A stretch of DNA of 64,000 bases from Paracoccus sp. (in: a-proteobacteria) (GTDB lineage Bacteria; Pseudomonadota; Alphaproteobacteria; Rhodobacterales; Rhodobacteraceae): NCBI RefSeq assembly GCF_032007265.1, contig NZ_DALZMB010000008.1, forward strand, positions 616-64,615, read 5' to 3'. Below the pieces are notes generated by a model. The model was not told the origin of the DNA. It was given only the letters and a program-made list of their open reading frames with translations, and made no database searches. Both the position numbers and the translations under genes were made by a program. Shown here in pieces: positions 56,142-64,000 of the stretch (positions within the stretch are counted from its first letter, which is position 1; each line of letters opens with the position of its first letter).

Positions 56142-56963
56142 ATGTTCACCGCACGGCGAAATCGAAACCTGCTAGAGGCCGCGTTCACGACGCTGGCCCT
56201 GATTTATCACGTCACAGTCTATGACCTGCGCAAGGAACACCGCAACGCGGTCATCGGGCTGGTGATGACAGTGCTGCAATCCATGCTGTTCGTCATGGGT
56301 TTCCTGGGCATGTATATGATCATCGGGGTCAAACACTCTCCCATTCGCGGCGACTTTATTATCTATATCATGTCGGGGATTTTCCTCTTCATGGTCCATT
56401 CGCAGACCGCTGGCGCGGTATCGGGTGCGGGTAGTTCGGTCGATGCGATGGTCAAACACGGCCCGATGAATACCGCCGTGATGATCTGCGGGGCGGCGCT
56501 GGCTGTTCTTTATCGCCAGACTTTCGCGATTTTCGTGATCCTTGCGGGATATAACGCCCTTTTCGCGCCCGTCACGCTTGAGGATCCGATCTCCTGCTAT
56601 GCCATGGTGCTGCTGGCCTGGTTCTATGGCATCTGTATCGGGCTTTTGTTTCTATGCGTGCGCATGTGGTGGCCCCAGGGCGGCAAGGTCGTCACCCAGC
56701 TTTACCAACGCATCAATATGATCGCCTCGGGCAAAATGTTTGTGGCCAATACTTTACCGACATTCATGTTGCACATGTTCGCCTGGAACCCGCTGTTTCA
56801 CATGATCGATCAGGTGCGTGGCTATGCCTTTATCAATTACACACCGCATAACAGCTCGCTCAGCTATGCGATCTATATGACGCTTGCGATGATGATGATC
56901 GGGTTGATGGCGGAATTTGTGACCCGCAATGCGGTCTCGTTGAGCTGGAACTCGGGGCGCTAG
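56142..56963 (+). CDS. ABC-2 type transporter permease (KpsM/Wzm-like)
   Basis: 273 aa, about six TM helices, with an N-terminal cytoplasmic amphipathic segment ending in the basic DLRKEHRN stretch, as in polysaccharide-export ABC-2 permeases. No ATPase gene is adjacent. Confidence 0.75.
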   Translation: MFTARRNRNLLEAAFTTLALIYHVTVYDLRKEHRNAVIGLVMTVLQSMLFVMGFLGMYMIIGVKHSPIRGDFIIYIMSGIFLFMVHSQTAGAVSGAGSSVDAMVKHGPMNTAVMICGAALAVLYRQTFAIFVILAGYNALFAPVTLEDPISCYAMVLLAWFYGICIGLLFLCVRMWWPQGGKVVTQLYQRINMIASGKMFVANTLPTFMLHMFAWNPLFHMIDQVRGYAFINYTPHNSSLSYAIYMTLAMMMIGLMAEFVTRNAVSLSWNSGR

Positions 56964-57116
56964 CCCGAGGCGGGGCGGCTATGCGAGATGTGCGCCGCTG
57001 GATCACCCGCCCGGCCGCTTGGGGCGGGCCATGGCTTAGCGCATGGGGCGGCGCACCCCGCAGCAGACAAAGAAAACGGGCGGAACATAATTGGGCAAAT
57101 CACTATGCACCAGCCG

Positions 57117-57145
57117 CTTGCAGCCCCGTTTCCCCTCCCTATATA
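57117..57145 (+). promoter_or_regulatory. RpoH (sigma-32)-type heat-shock promoter of dnaKJ
   Basis: CTTG (57117-57120), 17 nt, then CCTATATA (57138-57145). This matches the alphaproteobacterial CTTG-N17-CYTATNT consensus, about 110 nt upstream of the dnaK ATG. Confidence 0.55.
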
Positions 57146-57256
57146 GAGACGTGAAACCGGTCCCGGATTAAACTCCGCCCGGCAAATTTAGGGATAGGCG
57201 GCTGAAGGCCGGAATGGATTCAGCGGCCGCAACATCGCCGTAAGAGAGGAAATTGA

Positions 57257-59176
57257 ATGTCTAAAGTCATCGGCATCGACCTTGGCACCACCAACAGCTG
57301 CGTCGCCATCATGGACGGCAGCCAGCCCAAGGTAATCGAAAACTCCGAAGGTGCGCGCACCACGCCCTCGATCGTCGGCTTTACCGACTCTGAGCGTCTT
57401 GTGGGTCAGGCCGCCAAACGTCAGGCCGTCACCAACCCGTCGAACACCGTTTTCGCCGTCAAGCGCCTGATCGGCCGCCGCGTGACCGACCCCGAAGTGC
57501 TGAAGGACAAGAACCTTGTGCCCTACGCTATCGTTGATGGCGGCAATGGCGACGCATGGGTCGAAGTCCATGGCGAGAAATACTCGCCCGCACAGGTCAG
57601 CGCGATGATCCTTCAGAAGATGAAGGAAACCGCAGAAAGCTACCTGGGCGAAAAAGTCGAGCAGGCCGTCATCACGGTTCCGGCTTACTTCAACGACGCG
57701 CAGCGTCAGGCCACCAAAGACGCGGGCAAGATTGCCGGTCTTGAGGTTCTGCGCATCATCAACGAGCCGACCGCAGCAGCACTTGCTTATGGTCTGGACA
57801 AGAAAGAATCGAAAACCATCGCGGTCTATGACCTTGGCGGCGGTACCTTTGATATCACCATCCTCGAAATCGACGATGGTCTGTTCGAGGTGAAATCGAC
57901 CAACGGCGACACCTTCTTGGGTGGCGAAGACTTCGACATGCGCATTGTCCAGTATCTGGCCGATGAGTTCAAAAAAGAGCATGGCGTTGATCTGACCAAG
58001 GACAAAATGGCCCTTCAGCGCCTCAAGGAAGCTGCTGAAAAAGCCAAAATCGAACTGTCCTCGGCATCGCAGACCGAAATCAACCAGCCGTTCATCTCGA
58101 TGGACAAAAACACTGGCACGCCGCTGCACATGGTCATGAAACTGACCCGTGCCAAGCTGGAAAGCCTGGTTGCCGATCTGATCAAGCGCACGATCAAGCC
58201 GCTGCAAGAGGCACTGAAAGACGCAGGCATGTCGAAAGCCGATATCGATGAGGTTGTCCTTGTCGGCGGTATGACCCGTATGCCCAAAGTCATCGAAGAA
58301 GTGACCGCTTACTTTGGCAAAGAGCCGCATAAAGGCGTGAACCCGGACGAAGTCGTGGCGCTTGGCGCGGCGGTTCAGGCTGGCGTTTTGCAGGGCGATG
58401 TCAAAGACGTTGTGCTGCTGGACGTGACCCCGCTGTCCTTGGGCATTGAAACGCTGGGTGGTGTCTTTACCCGCCTGATCGATCGCAACACGACGATCCC
58501 GACCAAGAAAAGCCAAGTGTTCTCGACCGCCGAGGACAATCAGAACGCCGTGACCATCCGGGTTTTCCAGGGTGAGCGCGAGATGGCTGCCGACAACAAG
58601 ATGCTGGGTCAGTTCAACCTCGAAGACATTCCGCCGGCTCCGCGCGGTCTGCCCCAGATCGAGGTGACCTTTGACATCGACGCCAACGGCATCGTCTCGG
58701 TTTCGGCCAAAGACAAAGGCACGGGCAAGTCGCAAAACATCACGATCCAAGCTTCTGGCGGTCTGTCGGATGCCGATATCGAGCAGATGGTCAAAGACGC
58801 AGAGGCCAATGCCGAGGCCGACAAAGCCCGCAAAGAGCTGGTCGAAGCCAAGAACCAGGCTGAAAGCCTGATCCATTCGACCAAGAAGTCGCTGGATGAG
58901 CATGGTGACAAGGTTGACGGCTCGACCGTCGAGGTCATCGAGCTTGCCATCGGCGCATTGGAAGATGCGGTCAAGACCGAAGATGCCGGCAAGATCAAAG
59001 GTGCAATCCAGAACCTGATGGATGCATCGATGAAACTTGGCGAAGCCATCTACAAAGCCAGCGAAGCTGAGGCTGGAAATGCCTCTGCTGAGCGTGACGA
59101 TGAGCCGCGCGATGTGAACGATGATATTGTTGACGCCGATTTCGAAGATCTCGGCGAAGACAAGAAGCGCAACTAA
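57257..59176 (+). CDS. dnaK: Molecular chaperone DnaK (Hsp70)
   Basis: [18 protein letters not shown] and the rest of the Hsp70 architecture over the full length. Confidence 0.98.
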   Translation: MSKVIGIDLGTTNSCVAIMDGSQPKVIENSEGARTTPSIVGFTDSERLVGQAAKRQAVTNPSNTVFAVKRLIGRRVTDPEVLKDKNLVPYAIVDGGNGDAWVEVHGEKYSPAQVSAMILQKMKETAESYLGEKVEQAVITVPAYFNDAQRQATKDAGKIAGLEVLRIINEPTAAALAYGLDKKESKTIAVYDLGGGTFDITILEIDDGLFEVKSTNGDTFLGGEDFDMRIVQYLADEFKKEHGVDLTKDKMALQRLKEAAEKAKIELSSASQTEINQPFISMDKNTGTPLHMVMKLTRAKLESLVADLIKRTIKPLQEALKDAGMSKADIDEVVLVGGMTRMPKVIEEVTAYFGKEPHKGVNPDEVVALGAAVQAGVLQGDVKDVVLLDVTPLSLGIETLGGVFTRLIDRNTTIPTKKSQVFSTAEDNQNAVTIRVFQGEREMAADNKMLGQFNLEDIPPAPRGLPQIEVTFDIDANGIVSVSAKDKGTGKSQNITIQASGGLSDADIEQMVKDAEANAEADKARKELVEAKNQAESLIHSTKKSLDEHGDKVDGSTVEVIELAIGALEDAVKTEDAGKIKGAIQNLMDASMKLGEAIYKASEAEAGNASAERDDEPRDVNDDIVDADFEDLGEDKKRN

Positions 59177-59256
59177 TCGCGCGTAACCTGATAGGCCGGC
59201 CCGTCGCAAACCCGCGCGGGCCGGTCCAGTCATAAAAGGCCCGGGACGAATACCAC

Positions 59257-60420
59257 ATGTCTAAACGTGATTATTATGACGTTCTTGGCGTCTCGAAAGG
59301 CGCGTCCCCGGACGAGATCAAGAAAGCTTACCGCGCCAAAGCGAAAGAGCTTCATCCTGACCGTAACCGGGATTGCAAGACCTCTGAGGCGGCGTTCAAA
59401 GATGTCAACGAAGCTTATGAATGCCTGAAGGACGGACAGCGCAAAGCTGCATATGACCGCTTTGGCCATGCGGCCTTTGAAGGCGGCATGGGCGGATTTG
59501 GCGCGCGCGGGGGCCCACAGGGCGGCGATTTCGGCTCGGCTTTCGCAGATGTTTTCGAAGACCTCTTTGGCGATTTCATGGGCGGTCGTGGCGGCGCACA
59601 GGGCGGACGCCCGCGTGCCAGCCGTGGCCAGGATCTGCGCTATAACCTGCGGGTCTCGCTGGAAGATGCCTATAATGGCACGCAAAAAGCGATCACTGTG
59701 CCGACCTCGGTTGCCTGTGGCGGCTGTCAGGGCACCGGTGCCGAAGGCGCGGTTGACCCGGCCACCTGCCCGACCTGTTCAGGCATGGGCAAGGTCCGGG
59801 CAAGCCAGGGCTTTTTCACGGTCGAACGCACCTGCCCGACCTGTAATGGTCAGGGCCAGATCATCAAAAATCCTTGCGCTGAATGCCAAGGCGCCGGCCG
59901 CATCGAGAAAGAGCGCAGCCTTTCGGTGAACATTCCTGCGGGCGTGGAAACCGGAACGCGCATCCGTCTTGCCGGTGAGGGCGAAGCGGGTATGCGCGGC
60001 GGCCCCTCGGGCGATCTTTATATCTTCATCGAGGTGCGCGAGCATCCGATCTTTGTGCGCGATGGTCGTATCTTGGCCTGCCAGGTCCCGGTCAGCATCA
60101 GCACCGCAGCCCTTGGCGGCGAGATCGAGGTGCCCACGATTGATGGGGGTCGTTCGCGCGTAAAGGTTCCGGCGGGCACGCAGTCGGGCAAGCAATTGCG
60201 CCTGCGTGGCAAGGGCATGCCGCCCCTGCGTCACGGGGCCGGAATGCAAGGCGAACATGGTGACATGTTGATCGAGCTGACGGTCGAGACGCCCGTCAAC
60301 TTGACGGCACGCCAAAAAGAGCTGTTGCGGGAATTCGACGGCATTCAGGCCGACAACAACCCACAAACCTCTGGTTTCTTCCAGAAGATCAAGGGCTTCT
60401 GGGACGAAATGAAAGGCTAA
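59257..60420 (+). CDS. dnaJ: Molecular chaperone DnaJ
   Basis: J-domain HPD (ELHPDRN), a G/F region and four CxxCxGxG zinc motifs. Confidence 0.97.
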   Translation: MSKRDYYDVLGVSKGASPDEIKKAYRAKAKELHPDRNRDCKTSEAAFKDVNEAYECLKDGQRKAAYDRFGHAAFEGGMGGFGARGGPQGGDFGSAFADVFEDLFGDFMGGRGGAQGGRPRASRGQDLRYNLRVSLEDAYNGTQKAITVPTSVACGGCQGTGAEGAVDPATCPTCSGMGKVRASQGFFTVERTCPTCNGQGQIIKNPCAECQGAGRIEKERSLSVNIPAGVETGTRIRLAGEGEAGMRGGPSGDLYIFIEVREHPIFVRDGRILACQVPVSISTAALGGEIEVPTIDGGRSRVKVPAGTQSGKQLRLRGKGMPPLRHGAGMQGEHGDMLIELTVETPVNLTARQKELLREFDGIQADNNPQTSGFFQKIKGFWDEMKG

Positions 60421-60423
60421 GAC

Positions 60424-60452
60424 AGGCCCGGCACATGCCGGGCCTTTTCTTT
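60424..60452 (+). terminator. Rho-independent terminator after dnaJ
   Basis: AGGCCCGGC-ACAT-GCCGGGCCT followed by TTTTCTTT. Confidence 0.8.
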
Positions 60453-60517
60453 ACCGACCCTTGGGCAGCTGTCGGGCTTTAACCCCATCTTTACCGGTTG
60501 GGTGCAGCCTTGAAGCC

Positions 60518-61306
60518 ATGACAACGAATCGCGCCTTTTCCGAACGTCCGCTGCCGCTTTTCTCGGCCGCGCCGCCACGCGACAGTGATGAATGCCCGGC
60601 AGCCGTCAACACGCCTGCATCTGGCCCCAAATTGCCCAGCTATCTGGCGGATCACCGCAGCCGCCTGCGCGAGCGCTTTATGACGGGTGGCGCAGCGGCA
60701 ATGCCAGATTACGAAATCCTTGAGCTGGTGCTGTTTCGCGCCATTCCCCGCCAAGATGTAAAGCCCCTAGCACGTCGGCTGATCGATAGCTTTGGCGATT
60801 TCAATCGTGTCATTTCGGCAAGCCCGGCACGGCTGTCCGAGGTATCGGGCACCGGCCCTGCAGTCGTTCTCGAGCTGAAACTGATCGAGGCTGCGGCCCA
60901 ACGACTGGCGCGTTCGCGCGTGATCAACCGCCCCGCGCTTAGCGGTTGGGATGCCTTGATCGATTATTGCCACACGACCATGGCCCATTCCGAAATCGAA
61001 CAGTTCCGGGTGCTTTATCTGGACCGTAAAAACATTCTTATCCTTGACGAGGAACAGGCACGCGGCACTGTCGATCACGTGCCGGTCTATCCGCGCGAGA
61101 TCATGCGCCGTGCTTTGGATGTCCATGCCAGCGCACTGATCCTGGTCCATAACCACCCCTCGGGTGATCCGACCCCGTCAGAGGCTGATATCATGATGAC
61201 CCGTCGCATCGTCACCGCCGCCGATGTCATGGGACTGGTCGTGCATGATCATCTGATTATCGGGAAATCACGTGAAATCAGCTTTCGCAGCGAAGGTTTG
61301 CTTTAG
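60518..61306 (+). CDS. radC: RadC-family JAB/MPN domain protein
   Basis: HhH-like N-region (ELLELVLF-type YEILELVLFRAIPRQDVKPLARRLI) and the JAMM motif LILVHNHPSGDPTPSEAD. Trimmed to ATG 60518. Confidence 0.85.
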   Translation: MTTNRAFSERPLPLFSAAPPRDSDECPAAVNTPASGPKLPSYLADHRSRLRERFMTGGAAAMPDYEILELVLFRAIPRQDVKPLARRLIDSFGDFNRVISASPARLSEVSGTGPAVVLELKLIEAAAQRLARSRVINRPALSGWDALIDYCHTTMAHSEIEQFRVLYLDRKNILILDEEQARGTVDHVPVYPREIMRRALDVHASALILVHNHPSGDPTPSEADIMMTRRIVTAADVMGLVVHDHLIIGKSREISFRSEGLL

Positions 61307-61652
61307 TCACAGACGCGAAATCGCTCGAAACAGCCGATCCGTGCGAAAGCCCCCCCTTTTTCCGACCATTTTACCCCGAGTCGCCACGATAGGCTTTTGC
61401 AACCCCCGCTCTGGTAGCTCGATCCTGCCGCCCCACAGCCATGACGGGAAAATGCGCTATGATAGCGCTAGCCGCCTCCTCAAGGCGCAGCGAAAATCCC
61501 ACACCTCATCGGAATACAGCCAATCGTGGGGCCAAGCGCGGCTGGACTGACACAATTTTGATCGCTACAACCGCCCCGCGAGGGCTGCGTCACGCGCGGC
61601 CCACTGTCGTATAGCCGCTTAGCCCCAGGGGGGCAGAATTGGAGATCTGATC

Positions 61653-62225
61653 GTGTCCCACGCAGACGAACACGCAGGCGATCACGGCGCCACCCGGAGA
61701 GATTTTCTTTACTACGCGACGGCCGGTGCCGGTACAGTTGCGGCCGGTGCGGCCGCCTGGACCCTGATCAACCAAATGAATCCCTCGGCCGACGTGCAGG
61801 CGCTCAGCTCGATCCAAGTCGATGTCAGCGGTGTCGAAAGCGGCACCCAACTGACCGTGAAATGGTTGGGCAAGCCCGTGTTTATTCGTCGCCGGACCGA
61901 GGAAGAGATCAAAGCTGGTCGCGAGGTTCAACTGAATCAGTTGATCGATGCCGATGCCGAGAATGCCAATAAACCGGGCGAGCCCGCGACTGACCAGAAC
62001 CGCACCCTTGATGAAGCAGGCGAATGGCTGGTCATGATCGGCGTTTGTACCCATCTCGGCTGCGTCCCGATCGGGAATGGCGCCGGCGACTTCGGTGGCT
62101 GGTTCTGCCCTTGCCACGGATCGCACTACGATACTGCCGGCCGCATTCGGAAGGGTCCTGCACCGCAGAACCTGCATATTCCGGTCGCGGAATTCGTCAC
62201 CGACACCACCATCAAGCTGGGCTGA
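61653..62225 (+). CDS. petA: Ubiquinol-cytochrome c reductase Rieske iron-sulfur subunit
   Basis: Rieske boxes CTHLGC and CPCHGSHY, with the TRRDFL Tat-like N-terminus. GTG start. Very close to the P. denitrificans FbcF sequence as I remember it. Confidence 0.95.
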   Translation: MSHADEHAGDHGATRRDFLYYATAGAGTVAAGAAAWTLINQMNPSADVQALSSIQVDVSGVESGTQLTVKWLGKPVFIRRRTEEEIKAGREVQLNQLIDADAENANKPGEPATDQNRTLDEAGEWLVMIGVCTHLGCVPIGNGAGDFGGWFCPCHGSHYDTAGRIRKGPAPQNLHIPVAEFVTDTTIKLG

Positions 62226-62235
62226 GGAGAGCGCT

Positions 62236-63558
62236 ATGGCTGGAATCCCCCACGACCATTACGAGCCGAAAACCGGCGCTGAGCGCTGGCTGAACCGCCG
62301 CCTTCCGATCGTCGGCCTGCTCTACGACACCCTGATGATCCCGACCCCCAAGAACCTGAACTGGTGGTGGATCTGGGGCATTGTGCTGGCATTCTGCCTT
62401 GCTTTGCAGATTGTTACCGGCATCGTGCTGGTCATGCATTACACCCCGCATGTCAGCCTGGCCTTCTCGTCGGTCGAGCATATCATGCGCGACGTGAATG
62501 GCGGCTATATGCTGCGCTACCTGCATGCAAACGGCGCTTCGCTGTTCTTTGCAGCAGTCTACATCCATATTTTCCGCGGCCTCTACTACGGTAGCTATAA
62601 GGCACCGCGCGAAATCACCTGGATCGTCGGCATGGTGATCTACCTGCTGATGATGGCAACGGCATTCATGGGCTATGTTCTGCCCTGGGGCCAAATGTCC
62701 TTCTGGGGCGCGACCGTGATCACCGGCCTGTTTGGCGCGATCCCGGGCATCGGCGAATCGATCCAGACCTGGCTTCTGGGCGGTCCTGCTGTTGATAACG
62801 CGACGCTGAACCGCTTCTTCTCGCTGCATTATCTGCTGCCTTTTGTGATCGCGGCTCTGGTCATCGTTCACATCTGGGCCTTCCACACCACGGGCAACAA
62901 CAACCCGACCGGTATCGAAGTGCGTCGCACCTCGAAGGAAGAAGCACAGAAAGACACCCTGCCCTTCTGGCCCTATTTCGTGATCAAGGACCTTGTCGGC
63001 CTTGCGATCGTTCTGGTCGTCTTCTTTGCCATCGTCGGCTTCATGCCAAACTATCTTGGCCACCCCGATAACTATATCGAGGCGAACCCGCTGGCGACGC
63101 CTGCACATATCGTGCCGGAATGGTACTTCTTGCCCTTCTATGCGATCTTGCGCGCCTTTACCTCGGATGTCTGGCTGGTTCAGCTGGTCAACTGGGCTTC
63201 GTTCCGCATCATCGACGCCAAATTCTTCGGCGTTCTGGCGATGTTTGGCGCGATCATCGTGCTGGCACTGGTGCCGTGGCTGGATACGTCGCGCGTGCGT
63301 TCGGGCCGTTTCCGCCCGCAATTCAAGTGGTGGTTCTGGCTGCTGGTCGTGGATTTCGTGGTTCTGACCTGGGTGGGCGCGATGCCGACCGAAGGCATCT
63401 ACCCCTATATCTCGCTGGCTGGCGCGACCTATTGGTTCGCTTACTTCCTCGTCATTCTGCCGATCTTGGGCGTGGTTGAGAAACCGCTGCCGATGCCGCA
63501 GACGATCGAAGAAGATTTCGACGCGCATTACGGCGCCAAAACCCATCCTGCCGAGTAA
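62236..63558 (+). CDS. petB: Cytochrome b
   Basis: [14 protein letters not shown]..., heme-ligand His contexts and a PEWYFLPFY motif. Trimmed to ATG 62236 (440 aa) with a GAGGAGAG SD. Confidence 0.97.
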   Translation: MAGIPHDHYEPKTGAERWLNRRLPIVGLLYDTLMIPTPKNLNWWWIWGIVLAFCLALQIVTGIVLVMHYTPHVSLAFSSVEHIMRDVNGGYMLRYLHANGASLFFAAVYIHIFRGLYYGSYKAPREITWIVGMVIYLLMMATAFMGYVLPWGQMSFWGATVITGLFGAIPGIGESIQTWLLGGPAVDNATLNRFFSLHYLLPFVIAALVIVHIWAFHTTGNNNPTGIEVRRTSKEEAQKDTLPFWPYFVIKDLVGLAIVLVVFFAIVGFMPNYLGHPDNYIEANPLATPAHIVPEWYFLPFYAILRAFTSDVWLVQLVNWASFRIIDAKFFGVLAMFGAIIVLALVPWLDTSRVRSGRFRPQFKWWFWLLVVDFVVLTWVGAMPTEGIYPYISLAGATYWFAYFLVILPILGVVEKPLPMPQTIEEDFDAHYGAKTHPAE

Positions 63559-63570
63559 GGAGAGGCGACA

Positions 63571-64000
63571 ATGACCATGAGAAATGTTTCGCTCACGGCG
63601 GTTGCGGCCCTGTCCGTTGCTTTGGCTGGCGGGGCAATGGCCCAGGACAACAGCACAGCAGCTGGCACGACCGCACCTGCAGGTTCGAGCTATCACAGCG
63701 GCCAGGCCTCGACGCCTGCCGCTGCAGCCCCCGAAGCCGCGGCCCCCGAGGCCGCAGCGACCGAGGCAGCCCCGGCTGGAGAGGCACCCGCTGCAGCAGC
63801 AACCGAAGCAGCCCCGGCTGCAGAGGCACCCGCCGAAGTAGCGACCGAAGCAGCCCCGGCTGCAGAGGCACCCGCTGCAGCAGCAACCGAAGCGGCCCCG
63901 GCTGCAGAGGCACCCGCCGAAGCAGCAACCGAAGCAGCCCCGGCTGCAGAGGCACCCGCAGAAGCAGCGACCGAAGCAGCCCCGGCTGCAGAGGCACCCG
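63571..64000 (+). CDS. petC: Cytochrome c1, 5' part (signal peptide plus acidic Ala/Glu/Pro repeat domain); runs off the right edge
   Basis: Not in the ORF track because there is no stop in the window. ATG 63571 follows an AAGGAGAGG SD, 12 nt after the petB stop. My own translation: [32 protein letters not shown]...[24 protein letters not shown]... Confidence 0.9.
   Translation, partial: MTMRNVSLTAVAALSVALAGGAMAQDNSTAAGTTAPAGSSYHSGQASTPAAAAPEAAAPEAAATEAAPAGEAPAAAATEAAPAAEAPAEVATEAAPAAEAPAAAATEAAPAAEAPAEAATEAAPAAEAPAEAATEAAPAAEAP
63760..64000 (+). repeat. In-frame 42-bp tandem repeat (at least 5.7 copies) inside petC
   Basis: Units start at 63760, 63802, 63844, 63886, 63928 and 63970. Each is ACCGAAGCAGCCCCGGCTGCAGAGGCACCCGCNGNAGNAGCN, encoding [11 protein letters not shown](A/E)(A/V)A. 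Only a few substitutions separate the copies. Confidence 0.95.

Noticed and set aside
54638-56224. 528-aa plus-strand ORF across kdsB/cysQ, plus 25657..26751, 21144..22145, 14626..15975 and 16628..17839 across kdsD, ilvE, argJ and the PPIase/secA region
   Set aside because: All are antisense to genes with diagnostic motifs. Their extent is explained by stop-codon scarcity in GC-rich DNA.
57188-59233. 681-aa ORF antisense to dnaK
   Set aside because: It exactly mirrors the dnaK frame. Long open antisense frames are expected in GC-rich genes. The translation is low-complexity (Arg/Gly/Asp/Phe/Leu-rich) with no motifs. Similar hsp70-antisense ORFs have been mis-annotated in databases as NAD-specific glutamate dehydrogenase. 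dnaK on the plus strand has unmistakable Hsp70 signatures.
62212-63696. 494-aa ORF antisense to petB, plus 61590..62177 antisense to petA
   Set aside because: The plus-strand genes are near-identical to known cytochrome b and Rieske proteins. The antisense products are Arg/His/Asp-rich without motifs.
63584-63997. Pro/Leu/Arg-rich repeat ORFs (63584..63841 plus strand, 63593..63997 minus strand)
   Set aside because: These are off-frame and antisense readings of the petC 42-bp tandem repeat. The frame starting at ATG 63571 has an SD, a signal peptide and the expected acidic c1 domain.
63760-64000. Possible CRISPR array, because of the regular direct repeats
   Set aside because: The repeats are contiguous with no spacers. 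The period is 42 bp, in frame with petC, and encodes a sensible Ala/Glu/Pro domain. No cas genes are present.
1-64000. Search for mobile elements, prophage, defence islands, toxin-antitoxin pairs and rRNA
   Set aside because: No transposase, integrase, recombinase, terminal inverted repeats, cas, restriction or TA-like ORFs were recognisable in any frame. The only RNA gene I could support is tRNA-Leu.

Overview
This is a GC-rich alphaproteobacterial chromosome segment, most likely Rhodobacteraceae. From memory, the Rieske protein is almost identical to Paracoccus denitrificans FbcF, and cytochrome c1 starts with the acidic Ala/Glu/Pro-rich domain typical of that genus. Most of the window is housekeeping: hemH, grxC, ubiG, pip, rimP-nusA-ylxR-infB, mutT-argJ, secA, a PetP/PetR-like MarR plus response-regulator pair, ilvE, the envelope block rnd-kdsD-lptC-lptA-lptB-hpf-ptsN (no rpoN), an MHS-type MFS transporter, tRNA-Leu(CAG), uppP, gltD-X-gltB, mtgA, queG, dnaK-dnaJ, radC and petABC (petC runs off the right edge). 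I saw no transposase, integrase, CRISPR array or rRNA. The least ordinary region is 45.7-57.0 kb. It is a tightly coupled minus-strand glycan locus: cysQ-kdsB-GT2, an AT-rich gap, then galU-galE-GT4-GT2-GT14-like-fused double sulfotransferase, with a divergent lone ABC-2 permease. I read it as a candidate pathway for a sulfated surface glycan with no recognisable export or polymerisation machinery. Smaller items: two SD-preceded small ORFs below the track's 60-aa cutoff, a periplasmic-type protein wedged inside the glutamate synthase operon, a Lys-rich N-terminal extension on ArgJ, a 133-aa loop insertion in the MFS transporter, an ORF-poor 848-bp interval next to tRNA-Leu, and near-perfect 42-bp in-frame tandem repeats in petC. 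Many long ORFs in the track are antisense or off-frame shadows of real genes and were rejected.
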